64,000 nt of DNA, from assembly GCA_009914755.4 (NCBI GenBank), contig CP086569.2, forward strand, positions 54,112,001-54,176,000, read 5' to 3'. The translations under genes and the position numbers were made by a program. The notes under the pieces were generated by a model, which searched no databases, was not told the origin of the DNA, and was given only the letters and a program-made list of their open reading frames with translations. Source of the stretch: the human T2T-CHM13v2.0 reference genome, Homo sapiens. Of the stretch, positions 1-13,206 are shown piece after piece (within the stretch, counting starts at the first letter, position 1; each line of letters begins with the position of its first letter).

Positions 1-2565
1 TGCAATGGAAAGGTCTCGAATGGAATGGAAATTAATGGAATGGAATGGAATCGAATGAAATGGAGTCAAAAGGAATGGAATCGAATGGCAAGAAATCGAA
101 TGTAATGGAATCGCAAGGAATTGATGTGAACGGAACGGAATGGAATGGAATCCAAAGGAATGGAATAGAATGGAATGGAATCGAATGGAAAGGACTCGAA
201 TGGAAATCACTCGAATAGAATGCAATTTAATAAAATAGGATCAAATGTAATGGAATGGAATGGAAAGGAATCGAAACGAAAGGAATGGAGACAGATGGAA
301 TGGAATGGAACAGAGAGCAATGGTATAGAATGGAATGGAATCATCTGGAATGGAATTGAATGGAATGGAATAATATGAAATGGAATGGAATGGAATGGAA
401 TGGAATGCCCTTGAATTAAATGGACTGGAATGGAATGGACTCGAACAGAGTGGAATGGAAAGTGTTGAGATAGAATGGAATGGACTCCTTTGGAATGGTC
501 TAGTATGCAATGCAATCGACTGGTAGGGAATCAAAAGGAATGTAATGGAATGGATTGGACTGGAATGCAATGGACTCGAATAGATTGCAAACGGAATGCA
601 AAGGAATGGAATGGAATAGTATGGAATGGAATGGAAAGGAATGGAGTGGAATAGACTAGAGTGGAATGGAATGGACTGGAAAGCAATGGACTGGAATGGA
701 ACTTTCTTGAATGGACTGGAATCAAACGGAATGGAATGCAATGCAATCAAATGGCATGGAATAAAATAGAATGAAAGAGAATCAAATGGAATTGAATCGA
801 ATGGAATCGAATGGATTGGAAAGGAATAGAATGGAATGGAATGGAATTGACTCAAATGGAATGGACTAGAATGGAATGGATTCGAATGGAAGGCAAAGGA
901 ATGGAATCTATTGGAATGGACTGTAATGGAATGGAATGGAAGGGATTGGAATGGACTCGAATGGAATGGACTGCAATAGAAAGGATTCGAATGGAATGAA
1001 AAAGAATTGAATGGAATAGAACAGAATGGAATCAAATCGAATGAAATGGAATGGAATAGAAAGGAATGGAATGAAATGGAATGGAAAGGATTCGAATGGA
1101 ATGCAATCGAATGGAATGGAATCGAACGGAATGGAATAAAATGGAAGAAAACTGGCAAGAAATGGAATCGAAATGAATGGAGTGTTATGGAACGGACTCA
1201 AAAGGAATTGAATGTAATAGAATGGAGTGGAGTGGACTCGAATATAATGGACTGGAATGGAATGAAATCACATGGAATGGGAACGAATGGAATGGAATGG
1301 AAAGGAATGGAATCGAATGGAAAGGAATCGAATGGAAGGGAATGAAATTGAATCAACAGGAATGGAAGGGAATAGAATAGACGGTAATGGAATGGACTCG
1401 AATAGAATGGACACGAATGCTCAAATTGAATGGACTCGAATGGAATGGAAACGAAAGGAATGTCATCGAATGGAATTGAATCGATTGGAATGAAATCGCA
1501 TAGAATGGAGTGGAATCAAATGGAATTGAATCGAAAGGAAAGGAAGCGAATGGACTGAAATGAAATGGAATGGAATTGAATGGAAAGTAATGCAATGGAA
1601 TAGAATGGAACGAAATTTCACAGAATGGAATCAAACTGAATGGAATCAAACCAATGGAATCAAATCAAATGGAATGGAAAGGAATTGAATGGAGTAGATT
1701 GGATTGGATGGGATTGGAATGAAATGTACTGGAAAGGACTCGAATTTCATGAAACCGAATGGAATGAATTGGAACGGAACGGACTCGAATGGAATGGAAT
1801 GTCATGGAATGGCATCAAATGGAATGGCATCAAATGGAATGGAATCGAATGCAATGGAATGCTATGGAATGGAATGGAATGCATTTTAATGGAATGTCCT
1901 CTAATGGAATGGATTCGAGTGGAATGGAATCGAATATAATGGAGTCGAATGAAATGGAATTGAAAGGAATGGGTTCGAATACAATGGAATATACTGGAAT
2001 GTAATGTAATGAACTCGAATGTAATTGACTGGAATGGAATGTACATGAATGGAATGTAATCGAATGGAAAGTAATCCAATGGAATAGAATCTAATGCAAT
2101 AAAATCGACTCAGATAGAGTAGAATGTAATGGAATGGAGTGCAGTGCAATGGAATGGAATCGAATGGAATGCAATGGAATGGAATGGAATGGAATGGAAT
2201 GGAATGGAATGGTGTGGAATGGATAGTAATGGACTGGAGTGAAATGGACTGGAAAGGAATGGACTCAAATTGAATGGGCTCGAAAGGAATGGAGTCAAAT
2301 GGAATGGTCTGGAATGGAATGAACACGAATGTAATGCAATCCAATAGAATGGAATCGAATGGCATGGAATATAAAGAAATGGAATCGAAGAGAATGGAAA
2401 CAAATGGAAAGGAATTGAGTGGAATGGAATTGAATGGAATGGGAACGAATGGAGTGAAATTGTATGCAGTAGAAGAGAATAGAATGGAATGCAAGCGAAA
2501 GGAAAGGAATGGATTGGAATGGAATGGAATTCATTGGAATGGAAGGGAATGTAGTGTAATGGACA
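1..2565 (+). repeat. HOR unit U0 (partial, 5'-truncated by window edge), ends at first HaeIII site
   Basis: The window starts in phase with position 3550 of the next unit (tgcaatggaaaggtctcgaatgg...). Sequence 1-2565 matches 3550-6129 with few differences. Confidence 0.85.
2176..2210 (+). repeat. Perfect (GGAAT)7 microsatellite core inside the HOR unit. Length and purity vary between copies.
   Basis: Seven uninterrupted GGAAT at 2176-2210, followed by ggtgt. The homologous tract has (GGAAT)8 at 16366-16405 and (GGAAT)9 at 30527-30571. It is interrupted by tgaat, gttat and gattg variants at about 5700-5770. Confidence 0.8.
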
Positions 2566-5500
2566 GGCCTGGAATAAAGTGGAATGCTACGGTCTCGAAT
2601 GGAATAAAAATGTATGGAATGGAATGCAATGAAACGGAATCGAATGTCATAGAATGTAATGGAATGCAAAAAAATGGAATCCAAAATCATTGACTGGAAA
2701 GGCTGGGTGTCGAAAGGAATTGACTCCAATGGAATGGAATCGAATGGAATGGAAGTGAATAGAATCGAACTAAATCGAATGGAATGGAATTGATAGGAAC
2801 GGAATGGAAAGGAATGCAATGATTTGGCATGGAATGGAATCGAATGGCATCGAATGGAATGGAATGGAATGCAATGGAATGGAATGTATTAGAATGTAAT
2901 GAACTTTAATGGAATGTACTCGAATGGATTCGACTGGAATGGAATGTTCTGGAAGTGAATGGACTCCAATGGAATGGATTCAAAAGGAATGGAATCGTAC
3001 GGAATGGAATCTAATGGAATGGAATTAAATGGAAATGAATCAAATTGAATAGCACGGAATTGAATTGAATGGAATGGAATGCAATGGAATCTAATGAAAC
3101 GGAAAGGAAAGGAATGGAATGGAATGGAATGGGCTGGAATGGAAAGGAATCGAAACGAATGGAATGGAATCGAACTGAAGAGACTGGAATGGAATGCACT
3201 GGAATGGAAGGGAGTGTAATGGAAGGTTCTCGAAAAAAATGGAATGGAATGGAATGGAATTGAATGGAACGGAATAGAGTCGAATGGAATTGAATGGAAT
3301 GGAATGGACTAGAGTGAAATGGAATCGAACAACAAGGAATGGACAGGAATAGAATGGTCTCGAATTGAATGGAATCGTATGGAATGGCATCAAACGGAAT
3401 GGAATGGACAGCCACGGAATGGAATGCACTCGAATGCAATGGAGTCGAAACTAATGGACTGGAATAGAATGGACTCGACTGGTACGGACTCCAATGGAAT
3501 GGAATCGAATGGAAGGGAATCGAACGGAATGGACTCGAAGGGACAAGACTGCAATGGAAAGGTCTCGAATGGAATGGAAATTAATGGAATGGAATGGAAT
3601 CGAATGAAATGGAGTCAAAAGGAATGGAATCGAATGGCAAGAAATCGAATGTAATGGAATCGCAAGGAATTGATGTGAACGGAACGGAATGGAATGGAAT
3701 CCAAAGGAATGGAATAGAATGGAATGGAATCGAATGGAAAGGACTCGAATGGAAATCACTCGAATAGAATGCAATTTAATAAAATAGGATCAAATGTAAT
3801 GGAATGGAATGGAAAGGAATCGAAACGAAAGGAATGGAGACAGATGGAATGGAATGGAACAGAGAGCAATGGTATAGAATGGAATGGAATCATCTGGAAT
3901 GGAATTGAATGGAATGGAATAATATGAAATGGAATGGAATGGAATGGAATGGAATGCCCTTGAATTAAATGGACTGGAATGGAATGGACTCGAACAGAGT
4001 GGAATGGAAAGTGTTGAGATAGAATGGAATGGACTCCTTTGGAATGGTCTAGTATGCAATGCAATCGACTGGCAGGGAATCAAAAGGAATGTAATGGAAT
4101 GGATTGGACTGGAATGCAATGGACTCGAATAGATTGGAAACGGAATGCAAAGGAATGGAATGGAATAGTATGGAATGGAATGGAAAGGAATGGAGTGGAA
4201 TAGACTAGAGTGGAATGGAATGGACTGGAAAGCAATGGACTGGAATGGAATTTTCTTGAATGGACTGGAATCAAACGGAATGGAATGCAATGCAATCAAA
4301 TGGCATGGAATAAAATAGAATGAAAGAGAATCAAATGGAATTGAATCGAATGGAATCGAATGGATTGGAAAGGAATAGAATGGAATGGAATGGAATTGAC
4401 TCAAATGGAATGGACTAGAATGGAATGGATTCGAATGGGAGGCAAAGGAATGGAATCTATTGGAATGGACTGGAATGGAATGGAAGGGATTGGAATGGAC
4501 TCGAATGGAATGGACTGCAATAGAAAGGATTCGAATGGAATGAAAAAGAATTGAATGGAATAGAACAGAATGGAATCAAATCGAATGAAATGGAATGGAA
4601 TAGAAAGGAATGGAATGAAATGGAATGGAAAGGATTCGAATGGAATGCAATCGAATGGAATGGAATCGAACGGAATGGAATAAAATGGAAGAAAACTGGC
4701 AAGAAATGGAATCGAAATGAATGGAGTGTTATGGAACGGACTCAAAAGGAATTGAATGTAATAGAATGGAGTGGAGTGGACTCGAATATAATGGACTGGA
4801 ATGGAATGAAATCACATGGAATGGGAACGAATGGAATGGAATGGAAAGGAATGGAATCGAATGGAAAGGAATCGAATGGAAGGGAATGAAATTGAATCAA
4901 CAGGAATGGAAGGGAATAGAATAGACGGTAATGGAATGGACTCGAATTGAATGGACACGAATGCTCAAATTGAATGGACAAGAATGGAATGGAAACGAAA
5001 GGAATGTCATCGAATGGAATTGAATCGATTGGAATGAAATCGCATAGAATGGAGTGGAATCAAATGGAATTGAATCGAAAGGAAAGGAAGCGAATGGACT
5101 GAAATGAAATGGAATGGAATTGAATGGAAAGTAATGCAATGGAATAGAATGGAACGAAATTTCACGGAATGGAATCAAACTGAATGGAATCAAATCAATG
5201 GAATCTAATCAAATGGAATGGAAAGGAATTGAATGGAGTAGATTGGATTGGATGGGATTGGAATGAAATGTACTGGAAAGGACTCGAATTTCATCAAACG
5301 GAATGGAATGAATTGGAACGGAATGGACTCGAATGGAATGGAATGTCATGGAATGGCATCAAATGGAATGGCATCAAATGGAATGGAATCGAATGCAATG
5401 GAATGCTATGGAATGGAATGGAATGCATTGGAATGGAATGTCCTCTAATGGAATGGATTCGAGTGGAATGGAATCGAATATAATGGAGTCGAATGAAATG

Positions 5501-6129
5501 GAATTGAAAAGAATGGGATCGAATACAATGGAATATACTGGAATGTAATGTAATGAACTCGAATGTAATTGACTGGAATGGAATGTACATGAATGGAATG
5601 TAATCGAATGGAAAGTAATCCAATGGAATAGAAACTAATGCAATAAAATCGACTCAAATAGAGTAGAATGTAATGGAATGGAGTGCAGTGCAATGGAATG
5701 GAATGGAATTGAATGCAATGGAATGGAATGGAATGTTATGGAATGGAATGGAATGGATTGGAATGGGATGGAATGGTATGGAATGGATAGTAATGGACTG
5801 GAGTGAAATGGACTGGAAAGGAATGGACTCAAATTGAAAGGGCTCGAAAGGAATGGAGTCAAATGGAATAGTCTGGAATGGAATGAACACGAATGTAATG
5901 CAATCCAATAGAATGTAATCGAATGGCATGGAATAAAAAGAAATGGAATCGAAGAGAATGGAAACAAATGGAATGGAATTGAATGGAATGGAATTGAATG
6001 GAATGGGAACGAATGGAGTGAAATTGTATGCAGTAGAAGAGAATAGAATGGAATGCAAGCGAAAGGAAAGGAATGGATTGGAATGGAATGGAATTCATTG
6101 GAATGGAAGGGAATGTAGTTTAATGGACA
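2566..6129 (+). repeat. HOR unit U1, HaeIII-to-HaeIII, 3564 bp
   Basis: GGCC at 2566-2569 and at 6130-6133 (in ggacaggcctggaataaag). The unit's internal landmarks recur in every copy: gcaatttaataaaataggatcaaatg, ggaagaaaactggcaagaaatgg, tccaaaatcattgactggaaaggctgggtgtcgaaagg. Confidence 0.85.
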
Positions 6130-9100
6130 GGCCTGGAATAAAGTGGAATGCTACGGTCTCGAATGGAATAAAAATGTATGGAATGGAAAGCAATGAAACG
6201 GAATCGAATGTCATAGAATGTAATGGAATGCAAAAAAATGGAATCCAAAATCATTGACTGGAAAGGCTGGGTGTCAAAGGAATTGACTCCAATGGAATGG
6301 AATCGAATGGAATGGAAGTGAATAGAATCGAACTAAATCGAATGGAATGGAATTGATAGGAACGGAATGGAAAGGAATGCAATGATTTGGCATGGAATGG
6401 AATCGAATGGCATCGAATGGAATGGAATGGAATGCAATGGAATTGAATGTATTAGAATGTAATGAACTTTAATGGAATGTACTCGAATGGATTCGACTGG
6501 AATGGAATGTTCTGGAAGTGAATGGACTCCAATGGAATGGATTCAAAAGGAATGGAATCGTACGGAATGGAATCTAATGGAATGGAATTAAATGGAAATG
6601 AATCAAATTGAATAGCACGGAATTGAATTGAATGGAATCGAATGCAATGGAATCTAATGAAACGGAAAGGAAAGGAATGGAATGGAATGGAATGGGCTGG
6701 AATGGAAAGGAATCGAAACGAATGGAATGGAATCGAACTGAAGAGACTGGAATGGAATGCACTGGAATGGAAGGGAGTGTAATGGAAGGTTCTCGAAAAA
6801 AATGGAATCGAATGGAATGGAATTGAATGGAACGGAATAGAGTCGAATGGAATTGAATGGAATGGAATGGACTAGAGTGAAATGGAATCGAACCACAAGG
6901 AATGGACAGGAATAGAATGGTCTCGAATTGAATGGAATCGTATGGAATGGCATCAAACGGAATGGAATGGACAGCCACGGAATAGAATGCACTCGAATGC
7001 AATGGAGTCGAAACTAATGGACTGGAATAGAATGGACTCGACTGGTACGGACTCCAATGGAATGGAATCGAATGGAAGGGAATCGAACGGAATGGACTCG
7101 AAGGGAAAAGACTGCAATGGAAAGGTCTCGAATGGAATGGAAATTAATGGAATGGAATGGAATCGAATGAAATGGAGTCAAAAGGAATGGAATCGAATGG
7201 CAAGAAATCGAATGTAATGGAATCGCAAGGAATTGATGTGAACGGAACGGAATGGAATGGAATCCAAAGGAATGGAATAGAATGGAATGGAATCGAATGG
7301 AAAGGACTCGAATGGAAATCACTCGAATAGAATGCAATTTAATAAAATAGGATCAAATGTAATGGAATGGAATGGAAAGGAATCGAAACGAAAGGAATGG
7401 AGACAGATGGAATGGAATGGAACAGAGAGCAATGGTATAGAATGGAATGGAATCATCTGGAATGGAATTGAATGGAATGGAATAATATGAAATGGAATGG
7501 AATGGAATGGAATGCCCTTGAATTAAATGGACTGGAATGGAATGGACTCGAACAGAGTGGAATGGAAAGTGTTGAGATAGAATGGAATGGACTCGTTTGG
7601 AATGGTCTAGTAGGCAATGCAATCGACTGGCAGGGAATCAAAAGGAATGTAATGGAATGGATTGGACTGGAATGCAATGGACTCGAATAGATTGGAAACG
7701 GAATGCAAAGGAATGGAATGGAATAGTATGGAATGGAATGGAAAGGAATGCAGTGGAATAGACTAGAGTGGAATGGAATGGACTGGAAAGCAATGGACTG
7801 GAATGGAACTTTATTGAATGGACTGGAATCAAACGGAATGGAATGCAATGCAATCAAATGGCATGGAATAAAATAGAATGAAAGAGAATCAAATGGAATT
7901 GAATCGAATGGAATCGAATGGATTGGAAAGGAATAGAATGGAATGGAATGGAATTGACTCAAATGGAATGGACTAGAATGGAATGGATTCGAATGGAAGG
8001 CAAAGGAATGGAATCTATTGGAATGGACTGTAATGGAATGGAATGGAAGGGATTGGAATGGACTCGAATGGAATGGACTGCAATAGAAAGGATTCGAATG
8101 GAATGAAAAAGAATTGAATGGAATAGAACAGAATGGAATCAAATCGAATGAAATGGAATGGAATAGAAAGGAATGGAATGAAATGGAATGGAAAGGATTC
8201 GAATGGAATGCAATCGAATGGAATGGAATCGAACGGAATGGAATAAAATGGAAGAAAACTGGCAAGAAATGGAATCGAAATGAATGGAGTGTTATGGAAC
8301 GGACTCAAAAGGAATTGAATGTAATAGAATGGAGTGGAGTGGACTCGAATATAATGGACTGGAATGGAATGAAATCACATGGAATGGGAACGAATGGAAT
8401 GGAATGGAAAGGAATGGAATCGAATGGAAAGGAATCGAATGGAAGGGAATGAAATTGAATCAACAGGAATGGAAGGGAATAGAATAGACGGTAATGGAAT
8501 GGACTCGAATAGAATGGACACGAATGCTCAAATTGAATGGACTCGAATGGAATGGAAACGAAAGGAATGTCATCGAATGGAATTGAATCGATTGGAATGA
8601 AATCGCATAGAATGGAGTGGAATCAAATGGAATTGAATCGAAAGGAAAGGAAGCGAATGGACTGAAATGAAATGGAATGGAATTGAATGGAAAGTAATGC
8701 AATGGAATAGAATGGAACGAAATTTCACGGAATGGAATCAAACTGAATGGAATCAAACCAATGGAATGTAATCAAATGGAATGGAAAGGAATTGAATGGA
8801 GTAGATTGGATTGGATGGGATTGGAATGAAATGTACTGGAAAGGACTCGAATGTCATGAAACGGAATGGAATGAATTGGAACGGAACGGACTCGAATGGA
8901 ATGGAATGTCATGGAATGGCATCAAATGGAATGGCATCAAATGGAATGGAATCGAATGCAATGGAATGCTATGGAATGGAATGGAATGCATTTTAATGGA
9001 ATGTCCTCTAATGGAATGGATTCGAGTGGAATGGAATCGAATATAATGGAGTCGAATGAAATGGAATTGAAAGGAATGGGATCGAATACAATGGAATATA

Positions 9101-9672
9101 CTGGAATGTAATGTAATGAACTCGAATGTAATTGACTGGAATGGAATGTACATGAATGGAATGTAATCGAATGGAAAGTAATCCAATGGAATAGAATCTA
9201 ATGCAATAAAATCGACTCAGATAGAGTAGAATGTAATGGAATGGAGTGCAGTGCAATGGAATGGAATGGAATGGAATGCAATGGAATGGAATGGAATGGA
9301 ATGGAATGGAATGGAATGGTGTGGAATGGATAGTAATGGACTGGAGTGAAATGGACTGGAAAGGAATGGACTCAAATTGAATGGGCTCGAAAGGAATGGA
9401 GTCAAATGGAATGGTCTGGAATGGAATGAACACGAATGTAATGCAATCCAATAGAATGGAATCGAATGGCATGGAATATAAAGAAATGGAATCGAAGAGA
9501 ATGGAAACAAATGGAATGGAATTGAGTGGAATGGAATTGAATGGAATGGGAACGAATGGAGTGAAATTGTATGCAGTAGAAGAGAATAGAATGGAATGCA
9601 AGCGAAAGGAAAGGAATGGATTGGAATGGAATGGAATTCATTGGAATGGAAGGGTATGTAGTGTAATGGACA
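6130..9672 (+). repeat. HOR unit U2, 3543 bp (contains a 1-bp deletion near 6275: gtgtcaaagg versus gtgtcgaaagg)
   Basis: GGCC at 6130 and 9673. The length is not congruent with the 5-bp quantum, and the single-base deletion near 6275 explains this. Confidence 0.85.
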
Positions 9673-12600
9673 GGCCTGGAATAAAGTGGAATGCTACGGT
9701 CTCGAATGGAATAAAAATGTATGGAATGGAAAGCAATGAAACGGAATCGAATGTCATAGAATGTAATGGAATGCAAAAAAATGGAATCCAAAATCATTGA
9801 CTGGAAAGGCTGGGTGTCAAAAGGAATTGACTCCAATGGAATGGAATCGAATGGAATGGAAGTGAATAGAATCGAACTAAATCGAATGGAATGGAATTGA
9901 TAGGAACGGAATGGAAAGGAATGCAATGATTTGGCATGGAATGGAATCGAATGGCATCGAATGGAATGGAATGGAATGCAATGGAATGGAATGTATTAGA
10001 ATGTAATGAACTTTAATGGAATGTACTCGAATGGATTCGACTGGAATGGAATGTTCTGGAAGTGAATGGACTCCAATGGAATGGATTCAAAAGGAATGGA
10101 ATCGTACGGAATGGAATCTAATGGAATGGAATTAAATGGAAATGAATCAAATTGAATAGCACGGAATTGAATTGAATGGAATGGAATGCAATGGAAACTA
10201 ATGAAACGGAAAGGAAATGAATGGAATGGAATGGAATGGGCTGGAATGGAAAGGAATCGAAACGAATGGAATGGAATCGAACTGAAGAGACTGGAATGGA
10301 ATGCACTGGAATGGAAGGGAGTGTAATGGAAGGTTCTCGAAAAAAATGGAATGGAATGGAATGGAATTGAATGGAACGGAATAGAGTCGAATGGAATTGA
10401 ATGGAATGGAATGGACTAGAGTGAAATGGAATCGAACCACAAGGAATGGACAGGAATAGAATGGTCTCGAATTGAATGGAATCGTATGGAATGGCATCAA
10501 ACGGAATGGAATGGACAGCCACGGAATAGAATGCACTCGAATGCAATGGAGTCGAAACTAATGGACTGGAATAGAATGGACTCGACTGGTACGGACTCCA
10601 ATGGAATGGAATCGAATGGAAGGGAATCGAACGGAATGGACTCGAAGGGAAAAGACTGCAATGGAAAGGTCTCGAATGGAATGGAAATTAATGGAATGGA
10701 ATGGAATCGAATGAAATGGAGTCCAAAGGAATGGAATCGAATGGCAAGAAATCGAATGTAATGGAATCGCAAGGAATTGATGTGAACGGAACGGAATGGA
10801 ATGGAATCCAAAGGAATGGAATAGAATGGAATGGAATCGAATGGAAAGGACTCGAATGGAAATCACTCGAATAGAATGCAATTTAATAAAATAGGATCAA
10901 ATGTAATGGAATGGAATGGAAAGGAATCGAAACGAAAGGAATGGAGACAGATGGAATGGAATGGAACAGAGAGCAATGGTATAGAATGGAATGGAATCAT
11001 CTGGAATGGAATTGAATGGAATGGAATAATATGAAATGGAATGGAATGGAATGGAATGGAATGCCCTTGAATTAAATGGACTGGAATGGAATGGACTCGA
11101 ACAGAGTGGAATGGAAAGTGTTGAGATAGAATGGAATGGACTCCTTTGGAATGGTCGAGTATGCAATGCAATCGACTGGTAGGGAATCAAAAGGAATGTA
11201 ATCGAATGGATTGGACTGGAATGCAATGGACTCGAATAGATTGGAAACGGAATGCAAAGGAATGGAATGGAATAGTATGGAATGGAATGGAAAGGAATGG
11301 AGTGGAATAGACTAGAGTGGAATGGAATGGACTGGAAAGCAATGGACTGGAATGGAACTTTCTTGAATGGACTGGAATCAAACGGAATGGAATGCAATGC
11401 AATCAAATGGCATGGAATAAAATAGAATGAAAGAGAATCAAATGGAATTGAATCGAATGGAATCGAATGGATTGGAAAGGAATAGAATGGAATGGAATGG
11501 AATGGACTAGAATGGAATGGATTCGAATGGAAGGCAAAGGAATGGAATCTATTGGAATGGACTGTAATGGAATGGAATGGAAGGGATTGGAATGGACTCG
11601 AATGGAATGGACTGCAATAGAAAGGATTCGAATGGAATGAAAAAGAATTGAATGGAATAGAACAGAATGGAATCAAATCGAATGAAATGGAATGGAATAG
11701 AAAGGAATGGAATGAAATGGAATGGAAAGGATTCGAATGGAATGCAATCGAATGGAATGGAATCGAACGGAATGGAATAAAATGGAAGAAAACTGGCAAG
11801 AAATGGAATCGAAATGAATGGAGTGTTATGGAACGGACTCAAAAGGAATTGAATGTAATAGAATGGAGTGGAGTGGACTCGAATATAATGGACTGGAATG
11901 GAATGAAATCACATGGAATGGGAACGAATGGAATGGAATGGAAAGGAATGGAATCGAATGGAAAGGAATCGAATGGAAGGGAATGAAATTGAATCAACAG
12001 GAATGGAAGGGAATAGAATAGACGGTAATGGAATGGACTCGAATAGAATGGACACGAATGCTGAAATTGAATGGACTCGAATGGAATGGAAACGAAAGGA
12101 ATGTCATCGAATGGAATTGAATCGATTGGAATGAAATCGCATAGAATGGAGTGGAATCAAATGGAATTGAATCGAAAGGAAAGGAAGCGAATGGACTGAA
12201 ATGAAATGGAATGGAATTGAATGGAAAGTAATGCAATGGAATAGAATGGAACGAAATTTCACGGAATGGAATCAAACTGAATGGAATCAAATCAATGGAA
12301 TCTAATCAAATGGAATGGAAAGGAATTGAATGGAGTAGATTGGATTGGATGGGATTGGAATGAAATGTACTGGAAAGGACTCGAATTTCATGAAACGGAA
12401 TGGAATGAATTGGAACGGAATGGACTCGAATGGAATGGAATGTCATGGAATGGCATCAAATGGAATGGCATCACATGGAATGGAATCGAATGCAATGGAA
12501 TGCTATGGAATGGAATGGAATGCATTGGAATGGAATGTCCTCTAATGGAATGGATTCGAGTGGAATGGAATCGAATATAATGGAGTCGAATGAAATGGAA

Positions 12601-13206
12601 TTGGAAGGAATGGGATCGAATACAATGGAATATACTGGAATGTAATGTAATGAACTCGAATGTAATTGACTGGAATGGAATGTACATGAATGGAATGTAA
12701 TCGAATGGAAAGTAATCCAATGGAATAGAAACTAATGCAATAAAATCGACTCAAATAGAGTAGAATGTAATGGAATGGAGATCAGTGCAATGGAATGGAA
12801 TGGAATGGAATGCAATGGAATGGAATGGAATGGAATGGAATGGGATGGAATGGTGTGGAATGGATAGTAATGGACTGGTGTGAAATGGACTGGAAAGGAA
12901 TGGACTCAAATTGAAAGGGCTCGAAAGGAATGGAGTCAAATGGAATGGTCTGGAATGGAATGAACACGAATGTAATGCAATCCAATAGAATGGAATCGAA
13001 TGGCATGGAATATAAAGAAATGGAATCGAAGAGAATGGAAACAAATGGAATGGAATTGAATGGAATGGAATTGAATGGAATGGGAAGAAATGGAGTGAAA
13101 TTGTATGCAGTAGAAGAGAATAGAATGGAATGCAAGTGAAAGGAAAGGAATGGATTGGAATGGAATGGAATTCATTGGAATGGAAGGGAATGTAGTGTAA
13201 TGGACA
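9673..13206 (+). repeat. HOR unit U3, 3534 bp
   Basis: GGCC at 9673-9676 and 13207-13210. Confidence 0.85.

Noticed and set aside
220-250. AT-rich island gcaatttaataaaataggatcaaatg, considered as a possible promoter, TATA-like element or origin
   Set aside because: It is conserved in all copies as part of the unit. There is no associated downstream gene, and it sits in a uniformly repetitive context. There is no basis for a regulatory call from sequence alone.
3325-3345. atcgaacaacaaggaatgg and atcgaaccacaaggaatgg, considered as the HSat3 'CAACCCGAGT' 10-mer
   Set aside because: These are only loosely similar to the classical CAACCCGA(A/G)T motif of some HSat3 subfamilies. I could not find a clean copy of that motif, so it is not used for classification.
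4125-4145. Partial CENP-B-box-like string ttggaaacgg, recurring once per unit (for example gattggaaacggaatgcaaagg at about 4131, 7691, 14771)
   Set aside because: This is only the core of the 17-bp CENP-B box. The flanking TTCG...GGGA positions do not match. There is no 171-bp alpha-satellite periodicity. It is a chance resemblance within a GGAAT-derived context.
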